A DNA stretch of 64,000 bases from Salpingoeca rosetta (GCA_033442325.1 JAWQFM010000024.1:859822-923821); one strand, 5' to 3'; positions 33,561 through 53,582 are shown, numbered from the stretch's first letter. The notes: generated from the letters alone by a model not told the origin. Made by a program: numbers and translations.

Positions 33561-34370
33561 CGTCGTCGTCGAGGGTGGTGGTGGTGGTGGTGTCGTGTTT
33601 GGGGTTTGGGGAGTGAGTGCGATGTCCACACGCATGAAGGTGCAACACGCACACATACACACACACATACGGTTTGCACTGACCATGCTTGAGAAGGCCT
33701 CACGTGTGCGCGTGCGTGGTGACACAATAATCTCTGTTCACAGGCAAGGACAAGCGAGCAGTTGGAGGTGAGTGAATCAAGAACACACGTGCAAGAAGCG
33801 ACAAGTAAGCACAACGACTGCACCACACACACATACGTACACATACAACGCACAACCAACACGGAACACACCCGCACTTGCTGACCTTGGTCGTGGAGAA
33901 ACTCGCCCTCAACACTCACACGTTCATACTCCATACCAGCAACGTCGACAACTCTGCACAGCGCATATGTGTATGTGCGTGTATGTGTACAGGTGTGCAT
34001 GCATGTACGCGTCTGTGTGTGTATGCATGATTGGGATGGGGGCGCACAAGGTTCTCACTCCACGATAACGGGCAAGCGTGGGCCGAGGCACACAGGAGGG
34101 CGTACGCACGAGGTTGGCAGTGGAACAGCCTCCTTGGACAGCTTTCCCTCCATAACAGCGATGAGCTCCTCCTTCTGTTTCTTGCGGAAGATCTGCCAGG
34201 TACCGAGCCCAAAGGCAATCGCAGGCATGGCCATCAACAGCGGCGACACGCCCGAGCTGCCGCCACCATCCGCCGCTCCCTGAACGCGAGCATGGTTGTG
34301 CGGTGGAGGTAAAGGTACGTTGATGTGAGCAGTGGGTGCAGACGTAGTGCACGCCAAACATCCGCAAGCT

Positions 34371-34461
<91 letters not shown>

Positions 34462-34696
34462 ACGCGGCGCATGCCTTTTGGAACCGCTGTGGATGCAAGC
34501 CGACGCACAGGGACTTGGAGGCGCCTCGCTGACAACGCAATGCAAGAGAGAGGGGGGGCAAGAGAGAGTGTGTGTCTGCATGTGAGTGGTTGAAGGTAGG
34601 AGGTTGGCGTTGGTGGGTTCGTTGTGCCAAGACAGGAAGACTGACCCTGCCTCACGCACGCTGCCTTTCAAACGTACCAATCATGGAGAGCATCAT
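32055..34696 (-). CDS. SURF1: SURF1 / Shy1 cytochrome c oxidase assembly factor
   Basis: Presequence-like N-terminus; PAIAFGLGTWQIFRKKQK; MEYERVSVEGEFLH; GAQIITPF; ILVNRGFV; GIVRLGEK; FVPENEP...WRWID; PLGGQTQINIRNEHMQYIITW|YSLA. Confidence 0.93.
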
Positions 34697-35038
34697 CGTT
34701 GCGGATCTGTGCCGCTGATCAGGCGAGGGTGAGGGTGAGGGTGAAGGGGGAGGGGGGGGGGGTATGCTGATGCTGATGGGGTGGATGAGGTGGTCGTGGT
34801 GGAAACCCGAACAGCAAGTGCAGCAACAGCGCGCAACAATCACTGGTTGTTTGATTTCATGTCCAACACGCCTTATTACAGCAGAACGAACGAAGAAGTA
34901 ACGACGACTGACAACACCAGGCAGGCAGGCAGGCAGGCAAGCAGGCAGGCAAGCAGGCAGGCAAGCAGGCAGGCAGGCAACCAGGCAGGCAGGCAGACCA
35001 GTGTGAGCAGAGACAGCAGCGACAAGCAGGCGGCGGCC

Positions 35039-37210
<2,172 letters not shown>

Positions 37211-37561
37211 CGGTGGTGATGGTTGTAAGGTGGCGGTGGTGGTGGTGACGATGATGATGACGATGGTGGGGAGTGGGGGTTGGGGTCGCATTTGCTGTCG
37301 TTGACGTTCTTGCATTGCGTATCTTGTTGCTTCTTCCGGTTTGATAATGAACAGTGTAATCAGACTCGAGTGTGTACAGCAGAAGATCAAGTAGATAACA
37401 CACTAACACAGGGACACAGACACAGACACACAGACACACATACACGCACAGACACACAGACACACAGACACAGACACAGGGGCACAGACACACAGACACA
37501 CAGACACAGACAGGGGCACAGACACAGACACAGACACACACACATACACGCCACATGAGCA

Positions 37562-38040
37562 TCACGGGAGGGAGAGGGCGTCTGTGGGCTGTGGCGTGCC
37601 CGCGGGCCTGAGACTGGTGCCTGTGAGTCGCATTCCATCGCCAGCAAGCGACTGCTGTCGCCGCTCCTGCGTTAGCCAATACAGCATCTCGCGCACGTCC
37701 GACGACATCTTGTCCCTGGTGAACGTTTGGGGAGGAGGAGGAGGAGCGTGTTAGTGGTGGTGGTGATGGTGATGATGGTTGTGAGTGTCGTTGTGTGAGC
37801 GGACTGCCAACTGATTCAGCAGGCGAGCAAGCAGCAAGAACAGCCAGCCAACCAGCCAGCCACACAGACACACAGACGCAGACGCATAGATACACACACA
37901 GAGAACAGACACACAGACACAGACACACACAGAGAACAGACACAGACACACACAGAGAACAGACAGACACACAGACACACACAAAGAACAGACACACACA
38001 CACACACACACGCACAGACATACACACACACACGCACAGT

Positions 38041-38087
<47 letters not shown>

Positions 38088-38646
38088 CCCACCTGTACGG
38101 CCGCTGGTCGAATGCGACGACGTCGCCCAGAATCGTCTCCACACGATCAATCGCGGCCAGCACGCGTTTGCCGGCGCGTTCAAGTTTCCCCATCATCACG
38201 CCACGCTTCTTCGCCTCAGCAACACGGGACGATTGCGACACGCGCGCGTACAGCCGTGCAGGGTCGCTTGCAACGCGTTCAAACTCCTCCAGCTCGCTCA
38301 GTACAGCCTCGCGCGCAACAATGGCGGCGCGCACCTCCTCCCACAGCTCAACGGCCTGACGCAGGGCATGCAGCGTGTGGCCCTGCACACCACTGCCGTG
38401 ACCACTGGGACCACCGCCACCAGCGGCGCTTCGTGCTGCGCGCGTGTGTGCGGATGTGCGGACGCCGCGAATGCGATCGGCGACATCGAGCGGCTGCAGG
38501 CGGTGGCGCCGGCTGATGATGGTGGTTGATTGTTGAAGGTGGTGAATGGTTGATGGTGGTGATTGGTGGATGAGTTGGGGCATTGGAAAGGCACAATAAG
38601 CAAATGAGACGCACTCTGTTCTTCTTCAACAACGGTCACCACCATG

Positions 38647-38719
<73 letters not shown>

Positions 38720-39417
38720 CAACCACGCGTGCCGTTCTTTCCCCACTCTCTCCTCGCCCCCCCCTACTTCCCTGCGTCACCAACACTGCGGCTTACGTTG
38801 TGGCCGATCCTGGGCGAGAGTACTTGACGCTGCTGTAGAGGATTGCCTTGTCTAGTTTCTCCATGGTGCTCAGCCGGAGGTCCCGCCAAACAACATCGAA
38901 CCGCCGCTGCAACGCATCGAATTCCCGCTGCCGCCTGCACAGGGGCAAACACGGGTCGTGGTGATGGCGGTGGTGGTGCACGTGAGGTTGTGTGAGGTTG
39001 TTCGTATGTATGGGTAAGTGTCTTCGTGCGCCAAGGACATTGGGAGGCAACGATCCAAGTCATGCCACCATCAGCAAATTCATCGTCATGATCGTTGTGA
39101 TCGTTGTGATCGTTGTGATCGCACTTCATCTCATGGTCGTCGCCTGTGAGCTGATCCAGCGCAAGATCATTCATATCCGCAGCCAGGCCGCCCATCTGCA
39201 CCAAACACACACACACACACATGTGTCAAGTGAGAGTCGGTTGAGTGGAAGGAAGGCCTGTGCAGAAGGATGTGCACACGCAAACAAACAACCAACCAAC
39301 CAACCAATCAACCAACCAACCAACCAATCAACCAACCAACCAACCAATCAACCAACCAACCAACCAACCAATCAACCAACCAATCAACCAACCAACCAAT
39401 CAACCAACCAACCAAAG

Positions 39418-39471
<54 letters not shown>

Positions 39472-39774
39472 CCAAACCAACCAACCAAACAACCAAACAA
39501 CCAACCAAACAAATAAACAAAACAGAGTGTCCCTCATCACCATGGTGAGCCCACCTGCACGGCGTTGACGTTCCACATGCCCTTCTCGTACGACTTCTTC
39601 TCCTGCAGCAGCTGCTGGGAGCGGGCGTGATGCACAGCGAGCGCCTCTCGTCGCGCCTGCACCTCCGCCTCGTCCTCCTCAAGATCCGGCGGCGCCCGCT
39701 CAGGGAACATGCTGCCATCACGTGGGGAACGTCGATGTTGTTGTTGTTGTTGTTGTTGTTGTCGTTGTTGTTGG

Positions 39775-39835
<61 letters not shown>

Positions 39836-41037
39836 GAAAGTGTGCGTGTGTGAGAAATTGTGTGAAGTTTGGGTGTGTGAGTGCACGTCAAAGCAGCATT
39901 TCACGTCCCTGGCTCCAACATGCACAAACACACACACACACACACACATCTGCAATCGTGCACGCAAACGTTCATGTCTTCTCTCCCTTTTGTCCTTTTC
40001 ACGCTGTCCAATCTATCCTGTGCACTCACGAGAAGACGGCGGGGAGGAAGTCTGCCTCGTGCTCCTCCAGCCACTCCTTGTAGTCGACAAACTCAAGCGT
40101 GTTCTGCCACCACTTGAGCCACGACTCGTACTGCCGCGCCTGCCGCGCCTGGGTTGTGGTGGTGGCGATAGTGGTGGCGATAGTGGTGGTTGTGGTGGTG
40201 GCGATGGTGGTGGTGGGGTGTGAGCAGACTTCAGACGAATACACGAGACCAGCAACAACAACAAGAGCAACAAGAACAACAACAAGAACAGCAGCAACAA
40301 CAAGAACAACAAGAACAACAAGAAAAACAAGAACAACAACAACAACAACAACAAATTCAAGAAGAAGAACAAGAACAGCAACAACAACAACAAACAAACA
40401 AGAACAGCAACAGCGAACTCCATGCGATAATGTGTCCCTGCGTGCTGTCGTTGTGAACTTACGAGGTGTTGTTCAGAGGGGTTGGCGACCACTTTTGGCG
40501 GGCGATTGCGATATGAGCGGTGAAACCGCTTTTCCTTCTTCTCCTTCTCATCCTTCTCCCCACCTCTCTGCTTGCGGCCCTTCTTGCTCGTGCCGTTGCC
40601 GTCACCGTTGTCTTTCTTGGTGTCGCCGGCAGTTGCCGCTGTCACTGCCAAGAGAGTGTGGCGTTGAGTTGAATGAGCATGAAAATGTGTGTGCACGTGT
40701 GCACGTGTGCATGTGAGTGGCGGTCAAACGATACAAGCTCTTGTACGAACAGCACTTGTCATTGCATCAGCTGACACGGTTCTCCCCAAAGCCTTCTTGT
40801 GTACATGTGTACGTGTGCATGTGTGTGTGTGTGTGCGTATGAGTGTGTGTGTGCATGTGCACGTGTGTTGACATACACTCTGACGCCGCCGTCTCCTTGA
40901 GCGCCTCGTCGTTGCTCATGAGGACGTTGTTGACAGAGAACGGAAACTCGTTGTCGGCCCTTTGCAGGTTTCGATACGCACGAACAAAGCGATTGGTGGG
41001 AAATGTGAGAGCAGGGTAGCAACAAACATGCACGCAC

Positions 41038-41115
<78 letters not shown>

Positions 41116-41326
41116 GAGTTGCAAGCAATCCTTCGTGCGTGCGTGCGTATGGTGTTCACCTGTGTGGCATGAGCGCTCCCGCGATGTCCAAATCCTCTGG
41201 CGCCGGCAGCACCTGCCCAAATATCCTGTGCACATACACACGCATGTGTACAGATGATGGTGGCGGGTTGGAACATGCGGTGAGGAAAGCAATTGCGTAC
41301 GTTCAAGCACACCCACATACACATAC

Positions 41327-41373
<47 letters not shown>

Positions 41374-41406
41374 CACACACACACACACACACACCCGCAC
41401 TCACAC

Positions 41407-41444
<38 letters not shown>

Positions 41445-41697
41445 ACTCACCCATATGAGTGCAGCTCGCCCAGGGTGTCGTCCACGATGGTCTTGAGCGT
41501 GAATTCCTCTGAAAGTTTTCCGTATATTTTCGTCATTGAGACGAAGCGGTAGAGCGGGTCGTCCATGTCGGATATGGCGGCGGGCGTCAGCTGATGGTGG
41601 AGGAGGAAGGGGGGGGGGTGGTGAGGTGATGCGTTCATGACACAAATGAGACAGACAGACAGACAGACAGACAGACAGGTACGGAGAGACAAACAGG

Positions 41698-41795
<98 letters not shown>

Positions 41796-44751
41796 AACGC
41801 ACCGCTGGGTCGTTCTCCATGAAGATGGGGAGGGAGGGCTGTAGCGTGATGAACCAGACGAGCTCTCGATCAGAGACGCGCGGGACCCGCGGACGGAAGT
41901 GCAGGTCATCGTCGTCCGCAGCCGATAGCGGTGCCTGTTGTGGCCGTCATCGTGGTGTTGTTGTTGTTGGTGGTGATGGTGGTGTCGGTGATGTAAGGAC
42001 GCGTGGTAACGTGTGCGCGTATGTGTATGTGTGCACGTGTGAAAATGTGAGGGGGAAACAGGGCTGACGACAACCGAACCACGGTGGGCACACGTGTGCA
42101 ACAAACATGTGTAAAACAACATCAGCATTCACATGCGCGCGCGCGTGTGTGTCGACTGACGTTGGCAACAAACTCCTGGACGTGTGGGTGTCTTCGTGTT
42201 GCGTGGGAGAGAAGGTACCGACGCCCCGTCGGCCGCTCTTGCTCAGGTGGCGGGCGCTTCGGCTGGAACCACAAAACGGGAGAGGGAGAGGTGTGGAGGG
42301 AGGGAGGTGAATGATTTTGTTTGTTTGTTTGTTTTTGTATGTGTGTGTGTGTGTGTGCGCATGTGCGGAGGAAAGTGACGAGTATTGCGACGACAACAAC
42401 AGTACACGACAACAACGACAACAGCCAAACAGGGCAACGCGTGCGCACCAGCACGGGGTCGAGCAGGTGTTTGGTGTTGAGATGTGCACTCAAGATGGGA
42501 TCCATGTCACCTGCACCAAGGGAAACCAAAGGAACGAGAACGCGTGAAACCTTCGCCGACCATCCCAACGCTTTGACTCAGTCCTGCTTCTTCATGCCCC
42601 AGCAATAGCAACACACGCACACGCACACACAGACACACAGACACACGCACACACGCACACACAGACACAGACACAGACACAGACACACACAGACACACGC
42701 ACGCACAGACACACACAAACACACACGCACGCACAGACACAGACACACACACCGACACAGGCACACACACCGACACTCACACACGTACACAAACCCCCCT
42801 GCACACTCCCAACCGCTGCTGCCTCACCGATGTCGGCGTCTGGTTTCTGCCGCCACCGCAGCATCGCCTGCGTCATATCGTGAACCTCTCGCGCGTGCTG
42901 CTTTCGCTGTCGTGTTGTTGCGCTGTCCGCAGGCGCCCGCTTCGTGGCTGCTGTTTCTGCTGTTTCTGCTGTTGCTGCCGTGAGCTGCGACGGCGTGGCT
43001 GCGAGCGTGCCCGTGCTCTCGACACGCGGGACGGTGCTGGAGGCAACAGCCGCTACAGACGCAGACGTGCGCAGTGCCATTGAGTCTCGCTTCTCCTGCT
43101 GCGAAAACGACGCCATAAGCAGTCGCGATGACATGGGCGGCGGTGTCGGGATGTTGACGCTGCCGTCTGTTGCCGGGCGCGTTTGCGACTGCGCGAGGGA
43201 GGTGGAGCGACGTGCACGGTACGCTTTCGATCGGCGGTGGCGGCGGCGATGATTGTGCTGGTGCTGGTGTGTTGATGGTTTGGGTGTCTCGTCCACGCCG
43301 ACTTGCCCTTCATCCTCTCGCTCTGCTTCCTCCTGGTGGGTGTGGAGGCGGGATGAGGGTGGTGGGGGTATGGGTACGTGCAGTGTTTGAAGTGCAGCGA
43401 ACATGCATGAGCGGTGAAGACAGGTGCGTGGATGGATACAACGAAAACCAGACACAATCAAGCGCATGGAACCGGCAAGGAGGAGTTAGAAAGGAGGTTT
43501 GAAGGAGGAATAACGAAGGAAACAAAGAGCAGGGAACAAGGAACACGGGGAACAAGGCAGCACAGTACAAGAAGCAAGGTGTCATGTAACAACGGCCTAC
43601 CTGTGTGTAAAACAGGGAGGACAGGCACGAGGCGCTAACGGCGCGGCGAAGGGACCGGCGACCAGGTCCGCTTGTCCGCCACTTCACGTCCTCCAACAAC
43701 CGCTCCATCGACAGCGGCTCCAAGATGGTTGGCAGTGACGCCCGCCGCCGCCGCGCCGAAGGCGACGCTACCATGCTCTCATCACCATCACCACCACCAT
43801 CATCATCACCATCATCACGACCATCACCAGCACGACGACGACGACGACCACGCAATCGCTGCTGCCGCTGTTGTTCGAGTTTTTGTTGCGCTTCCACAGG
43901 TACATCAACCACAATCACACGACCGCCATCACCATCATCATTATCATCATCATCGCGCACAAGGCCACTGTCCCCGCTTCGCTGATGAGGCGGTGCAAGC
44001 CTCCCTCCCTGCATGTGCACACCCGCATCCATGCCCACACCTGCACCAGGCATTGCAGCCGACATCATGCTCGCCGACGATGGTGATGGCGACGGCGACT
44101 GTGTCGAGAGCGTGCGCGTGCCGCTGCTGTCGTACTGCACGAGGTGCTGGTTTGCAAACGGCAGCCCGAGCGCGGCCATCTGGCGAACGGAGAGCGCAGA
44201 CGGGGATGTGTTTACCACCGACACGCGGCGTGAAACCGCTCCCTCCAGCACCGACTCAAGCTCTGGTGGTTGATTGTCGGTGGTGGGCGGTGGAAGAAAG
44301 GCAACGAGGCGATGGGACGTGAGAAACATGCGTGTGTTGCGTGTGTGTTTGTGTGTGTGTATGTGTGAGTATGTGTGAGTGTGTGTTTGTGCGTGAGTGT
44401 ATGTTTATATGTGTGTGTGCGTGAGTGTGAGTGCGTGTGTGTGTGTGTGTGCGTGAGTGTGAGTGCGTGAGTGTGAGTGCGTGAGTGTGAGTGCGTGAGT
44501 GTGTGTGACTACATCTTGCTTCAAAGGCGCTCTGTACTACAGTCGCGCGTGCTTGCAGGCACGGCACCTTTGATTCGCTTGAGGGAGGTGTCAAAGGGGA
44601 TGCTGGGCATTTTCATGTCGCGTTTCAGTGCCGCGATGCGGTCCGACAACTGGCGCTGGTACTTGTCATCTGCAAGGGCGGTGGTGGTGGTGGTGGTGGT
44701 GGTGGTGGTGGTGGGGATGGTCACATCAAAATGAACTCAAGCATGAGAGCA

Positions 44752-44782
<31 letters not shown>

Positions 44783-45728
44783 CGTACACACATTACACGC
44801 AATCTCTCACTCTCACTCTCTCACTACCATTTCCTCTCGCTTCATACCTCGCATGTCTTGGATGATGTACCATCGAATGAGCATGTAGACTGGCACATGA
44901 CGTGTTGTTGATGTGCCTGCAAGCAAAACCAATGTCAGAGACGTTGGTAGACGGGGTCAGTGAAGTCTACGAACCTGTGTGCTGCGAGTTTGGCTCACAG
45001 TGTGCAAAACAGGCGAGCAGCTTGCACACACAGACACACGCACGCACCCAGACACAGACACACAAAACACACCCACAGACACACGCACGCACACAGACAC
45101 AGACACACAAAACACACGCACCCTGGAGGTCTTTGCTGGCCTGAGTGACAATGACAGGGCGACAGGGTCTGTTCTTGGAGCGCTTGAGCTGCTCCCCGAG
45201 ATAGGCGCTAATCTCCTTGATCTTGAACGCCCTGCGCGCATCGCCAGCGAGTTTGGACAGATAACGGATGGTGTTGGCGCTGTCGGAGAAGACGCCTCGC
45301 TGGCGCGCACGGTCTGGTGTGTGTGCAGCGTGTTGCAAACAGGATGGGGGGGGGGGTAACAGAGGGTGAGCTGAGGAGGTGTGTGGTGTGGGATGTGTGC
45401 ATGTGTGTGCACGTGCGTGTGTGCGTTTGGTTGTGCAATTTGTACGTCATGTGTGTGTGTGTGTGTGTTTGGGTGCACTTTGAATGTTGAGCTTACTGAG
45501 CAAGGTTCGTAGTCGTCGATACAGCAGCACGGAAATCTCAATCAGCGTCCACGGAATACGTCGGTCAATCTGATGGTGCGAGCAATGCATTGTTTGGGCA
45601 TTGGTGGTGAGGATGCCGCAGGGAACAGAAACAGGACCACAACAGCGCAAAAGGCTCAGTTTGACATGCATGTACACCCACCCACACCCCCCCCCCACAC
45701 ACGCACACACGCACACACGCACACACAC

Positions 45729-45809
<81 letters not shown>

Positions 45810-46433
45810 TTCACATGACCTGGCATGCCGATGCCTGCAAGGATCACCGACCTCTTTGTTGATGGCATCTGAGAGCACGGCGTTCCACTTGCGCCGCGAA
45901 AAGTCGTCCCACGCGCGTTTGAGCTCCGTGATGATGACATCGTGGAAAGGCGCCATACCTGCGGTGAGCAGGGAGGCGGCAGCAGCAGGAGAGAGACAGG
46001 GGGGAACACAAGATGAGGGCGGTTGTTGTATCCGAAGGAGAGAGATAGACGGACACAGACACAGGCATACATACAGAGGCGCATGTACACGTACACATAC
46101 ACACTCACGCGCGCGCGCACACACACACACACCTGTTGGTGTAAAGCCTGCAGGACGGGGCTCTTCGAGGAATCGTTCAAGCACTGCGTGCAGCAGGTGG
46201 TCTTGGGTCCGGACATGACCGACGGCTGGATCCGTGTCAAACGCGTCGCTGGAGCCACTGCTACCACTCAACTCTGTTAACAAGGCAGCAGCAGCACACA
46301 CACACATCAGCAAACCAACAACATCAACAACAATAACGTCATGCGCAAGCTATGCCACTTGAAACACAGCCACTTCCAACACAGTGAACAACAAGCGGCA
46401 ACAGCAATCCACAACAGCACACACAGACACACA

Positions 46434-46474
<41 letters not shown>

Positions 46475-46594
46475 AGACACAGACACAGACACACACACAC
46501 AGACACACATACCTTTCTGGAGTGCTTGAAGCTTTGATTGCACATCCTTTTCTCGTTCTCGGGTGTCTTCCAAGTCCTCATCCACTCGCGACAT
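37562..46594 (-). CDS. CCDC87: CCDC87-like coiled-coil protein with a MAP65/Ase1-like C-terminal region; internal exons only partly resolved
   Basis: C-terminal exons [49 protein letters not shown]...[13 protein letters not shown] and [19 protein letters not shown] resemble the CCDC87 C-terminus (LEEFERxASDPxR, RPYxDKMxxDxxEMLYWL). Also [18 protein letters not shown]. Start MSRVDEDLE at 46594. Confidence 0.7.
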
Positions 46595-46725
46595 GGCTGC
46601 GCAGCCCGCAGGGCCTTGGCAAAGCACAGCGAGCAAAAACAACGCAGGCGAGCAAGCCAGCCAGCCAGCCAACGAAGATGTATTGGTCTTCTCTTGTCGC
46701 TGCTTCCTTCACAACCACCCAATAA

Positions 46726-46789
46726 TTTACCAACCGCCAATCGATTTTGCCAACAGCAGCGTTGATTTTACCAACACCCCGTTGGCAAA
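46726..46789. promoter_or_regulatory. Cluster of four TTTRCCAAC motifs in a divergent promoter
   Basis: TTTACCAAC 46726, TTTGCCAAC 46746, TTTACCAAC 46767 and inverted GTTGGCAAA 46781, between the CCDC87-like and SH2 start codons. Regulatory function is inferred. Confidence 0.4.
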
Positions 46790-46954
46790 AAGCCGCGCGA
46801 AGCCTTCGCTCGTCCACCTCATCCTTTGTTTGCCCTCCACTTCGCTTCGCTCTTCTGCTGTGCGTGTCCTGCCAATGCCGAAAGTGTGAGTGTGCACGAT
46901 CAGCACCAAACGACAACAACTCAGCTGAGGAAAGCACACATTGACCGTCCAGCA

Positions 46955-49430
<2,476 letters not shown>

Positions 49431-49451
49431 CTGATGATGTATGCTCTGTGT

Positions 49452-49537
<86 letters not shown>

Positions 49538-50145
49538 TTGTGTGTGTATCCGATACAAGCGCGAGTCTAAGATATCTGTGATGTCTTGGAGCGCGCGCGT
49601 GAATCGCAAGAGAGAGGTGCGTCTGCTCGTCGGACCGGGGGAGGTGAATTCGAGATGAAAGCCGAAACGCACACGCATTCACGCACATGCGTGCTAGCTC
49701 GCACGTGAGCCGCCACGCACGACTGTCTGGCTGTTTCTGTAAGCAAAACACCCGAACCCAAAAGAAAGAAACAGATCGATAACCANNNNNNNNNNNNNNN
49801 NNNNNNNNNNNNNNNNNNNNNNNNNNNNNNNNNNNNNNNNNNNNNNNNNNNNNNNNNNNNNNNNNNNNNNNNNNNNNNNNNNNNNTATATATATACTAAA
49901 CTATGTATATCTGTAGCTATCTTTAATTCTGTATTTTTTATATATTTATATATATCCTTTATATGTGTATGTGTATACGATAGATCGAGAGAGCGAGATA
50001 TTCTGAGTGTGGGATGGGCTACATATGGACATCGAGATATGTATATACATCTATATATATATATGGATGTTTACATTCATAGACGTATATATATAGATTT
50101 TTATATACCTATATATATAGCTATATATATCACATATATCACATA

Positions 50146-50231
<86 letters not shown>

Positions 50232-50239
50232 CGTCGTGC

Positions 50240-53172
50240 CTACATGCTGAGGATGGCCTGCAGCTCAATGCAGTCGAGCTGCTGTGCGGGCGGCCCAATG
50301 TGCCGCTGCAGGCGCGGGAGCAGCCACGAGCGGTGACGCGACAACGCCCGTTCAAAATGCACCAGCGCACCCATCTTCACGTCCTCAAGCACCTCGTCAT
50401 AGCTGTTGGTGTCGCTTGTGCACGCATCAGCGTCGCCAGCATCACCATGGTTCCTGTCAGTGCTGTTGCTGTTGCTGCTGCTTGATTTAGCCTTCCCCTT
50501 CTTTCCTGCTGCCTTTCCTTTGTGCCCGTCCTTGTGCTGCTGAGGCTGAGGCTGCTGCTGCTGCTTCCTCGCTTGCCTTCCCTTGCGCTTCTTAGCATCA
50601 CTCATGTGCGTGTGTGCGGAGAGACAGAGCCAGGCCACGGCTTCGCACCACTCCGCCACCGCCCGCGCTGTCGCCTGCTTGCGCCCGGCCTCTGTTCGCT
50701 TCATCTGAATGCTGCGCGCACTCTGTTCACCATACTCAAACCCATCATCTTCATCATCTTCATCCTCCTCATCATTATCATCACCATCACCATCACCACA
50801 GCCGCTTCCGCCGTTGCACGCGTATCCGCCGTCATCTTTGCGCGTGTATGTGAGCGCTGTGCTGCCCTTTCCAATGTTCCCGTCCACCTCGCACACAAGG
50901 TCGCCGGACACCATTGTCAGCAGCAGGAGCAGCTCGCCGTGGTTGCACAGGAGCGGAGCAACAGCAGCAGCAGCAATGTGGCTATCACTCTCGCCAGCAG
51001 TGTCGTCGCGCTGTGCGTTTGACAGTGTATTTTTTGTGCCTGCAAGCACGGCGGCGGCGCTGCGAATGGAATCATCGCGAAGGGCAAACGCGCACCGGTC
51101 TGCGTCCCGTTTCACTGCGCGCAAAAACAAGAGGACATGGGGTGCAGGGGAGGGAGGGGAGAGGGTGGTGTGAGAGCAAGTGGCAGCGGTGGAGTATGTG
51201 GGATGTGGGATGTGTGACGGTAAGTGGAAGTTGATGTCTATGTGTTGGCTCGCTTGTGTGTGCCGGCGAGCAGCTACAACTACAACTTGAAGCCGGAAAG
51301 CATCAGGCCATGTTGAAATCACAGTACGCACCTGTGTATGCGGTGACGAGCGAGGCCAGGGCTGTGGGCTCTTCAAACGTCTTTGCATCTGTTTGGCATG
51401 CACGGAGACGCAAGCGTGAGGTGGGAGAAACGTATGTGGCGGGAAAAAACACAGGTATGACAATCCAAGAATGATAGGACATAGACGAGCAACACCAGTG
51501 GCAGCAAGAATATGTGCAAGCACACACAAACACACGCACGCACACGCACACAGACACACACAAAACACAGTCGTCTCACGTGCGAGAGTGGGGGCGAGGG
51601 TGCGTGCGAGTTGCGCAAGGGAGGCGGACTGGCGCGCCTCCGCTGGGTCCTCAACCAACACGTTGAGCAGCAAATTGCACGCGAGGTTGCATGCCGATGC
51701 GTCGTACTCGTCATCATCGCCACTGCCCATCTTGGAATCGGTTGGTTGTGTAATGGACAGCCGTTCAAACGCAGCCTGCTCACCGCCATCATCATCACCA
51801 TCACTATCATCACCATCATCACTGTCGTCATCGCTGTTGCCGTGTGCAGCGGTTGTGCCCGTCGTTCTCGTCTTCTTTGCCGCCTGTTCGCCCTGAGCCG
51901 TCTTGGTGGGCGCATGCGCCACACCCACGGATGATGACGACGATGGCGACAGCGATGACGAAGCGTCCTCTGAAGGAATAACGCCTGCGCGCTGCAGATA
52001 CGACGAGACGACGGTACACGCGAGCGAAATGCAGTTGGTGTCGCCCACGACCGAGTGCCGGAAGGGCGTGTGCGCTGTTCCCGTGCACAGCGCGGGCAGC
52101 AAATGCCGCAGAACAAGCCGCGACCACGACCGGTCTGGTTGTGTTGTGTTGTGTTTCGAAGGGGGTGTGTGTGTGAGTACAGGGAGAGGTGGAACTCGGC
52201 ATGCATGCACACACAACCACGTGGCGTGCGCATTGCCTGCAAGCAATGTAGCCATGTTAGCGCGTACCTTCAGGGTTGGCGGACAGGGAGCGGTCATTGA
52301 TGAGTTGAAGAAGGTACTCCGCAGTCGGAAGGAACTGATGCGAGGAGGTGGTGGTGGTGTGAGTGAGAGTGAGTGAGAGTGTGAGTGAGTGAGAGAGTGA
52401 GAGAGAGAGAGTGAGAGAGTGAGAGAGTGAGTGAGTGAGAGAGTGAGTGAGTGAGTGAGTGAATGAGTCACATGTGTGTGAGTGAGTGAGTGACTTGTAT
52501 GTGCGGGTGAGACAGTGCTCGCACATATGTGTGCGAGTGAGAGAGTGCATCCACGTGTAACAGAGTGCGAAAGCTGTGCGCGAGCATGCAATCACCCGTC
52601 ATCCGCGCGCCAAACCTGATCGATGCCATTGTCGTTCTCGGCAAACCACGCCCCAAGCACGCGTGCACACCCGGCCAGCAGCAGCAGCACCCGCTCGGAC
52701 TGCGATTCCCACGCGTTGTCGCTGCTGTTTGCAGTGAAGAACAGCACAGCCTCAACCGTCATCTGCAGGGCGAACACATGCGCGAGTGTAGAGGTGTGTG
52801 TGTGTGTGTGAGTGTGTGCGTGTGCGAGTGTGTGCGAGAGAGAGAGTGTGTGTGTGAGGGAGAGAGAGTGTGTGTGTGCGTGTCCGTGTGAGTGTGTGTG
52901 TGTGTACATGTGAACGTGCGCGGTGCGAAGGTTGAAGGAGGGAAGACACAAGTCTGCACGCACAAGCACTCATGCAGCTGCTCTGCTGTTTGTGTGTCTG
53001 CTCACCTTGCACCCAGAGAGGGCGTTTTCAAGACTGGCGGTTTCCATTTCATCACCGCGGTTCACTGAAGATCAAGCACAACAAGTGGGCAGAAGCGAGG
53101 TGCAGTGAGCACATGCACATGCAAACGCAGACGGAGGGTGACACATGATAGACGGAAAAATACACACATCTA

Positions 53173-53238
<66 letters not shown>

Positions 53239-53582
53239 GAGCACAGCGCAGCGCAGCTGTGCGAGTTGTTGCGTACCGAGACATGAGATGGAGTCCTCGA
53301 CGATGAAGAAGCAGCAGGCGGTCAGCTCAACATCCTCAATGCAGCTCTCAAGCTGCACACACACACACAGAAGTGCGAACATGTGAGCGTATATTCATTC
53401 CATGAGATGCAGGTGGTGTTGCAACGATACTCCTTCAAACCACTGTGCAGATCGCAGTCATGCATGCAGGCAAGGTGCATGCAGGCAAACAGGCGTCACA
53501 ACTCACGTGCTCCTGCTCAAGCGCCATGCGAACTTCAATGGCGGCGCGGCGACAAATGAGTGGCAGACATCTGCATACACAA

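Noticed and set aside
50240-52591. 783-aa ORF as a stand-alone gene
   Set aside because: It reads through several stop-free introns and is the 3' part of the neurochondrin-like gene.
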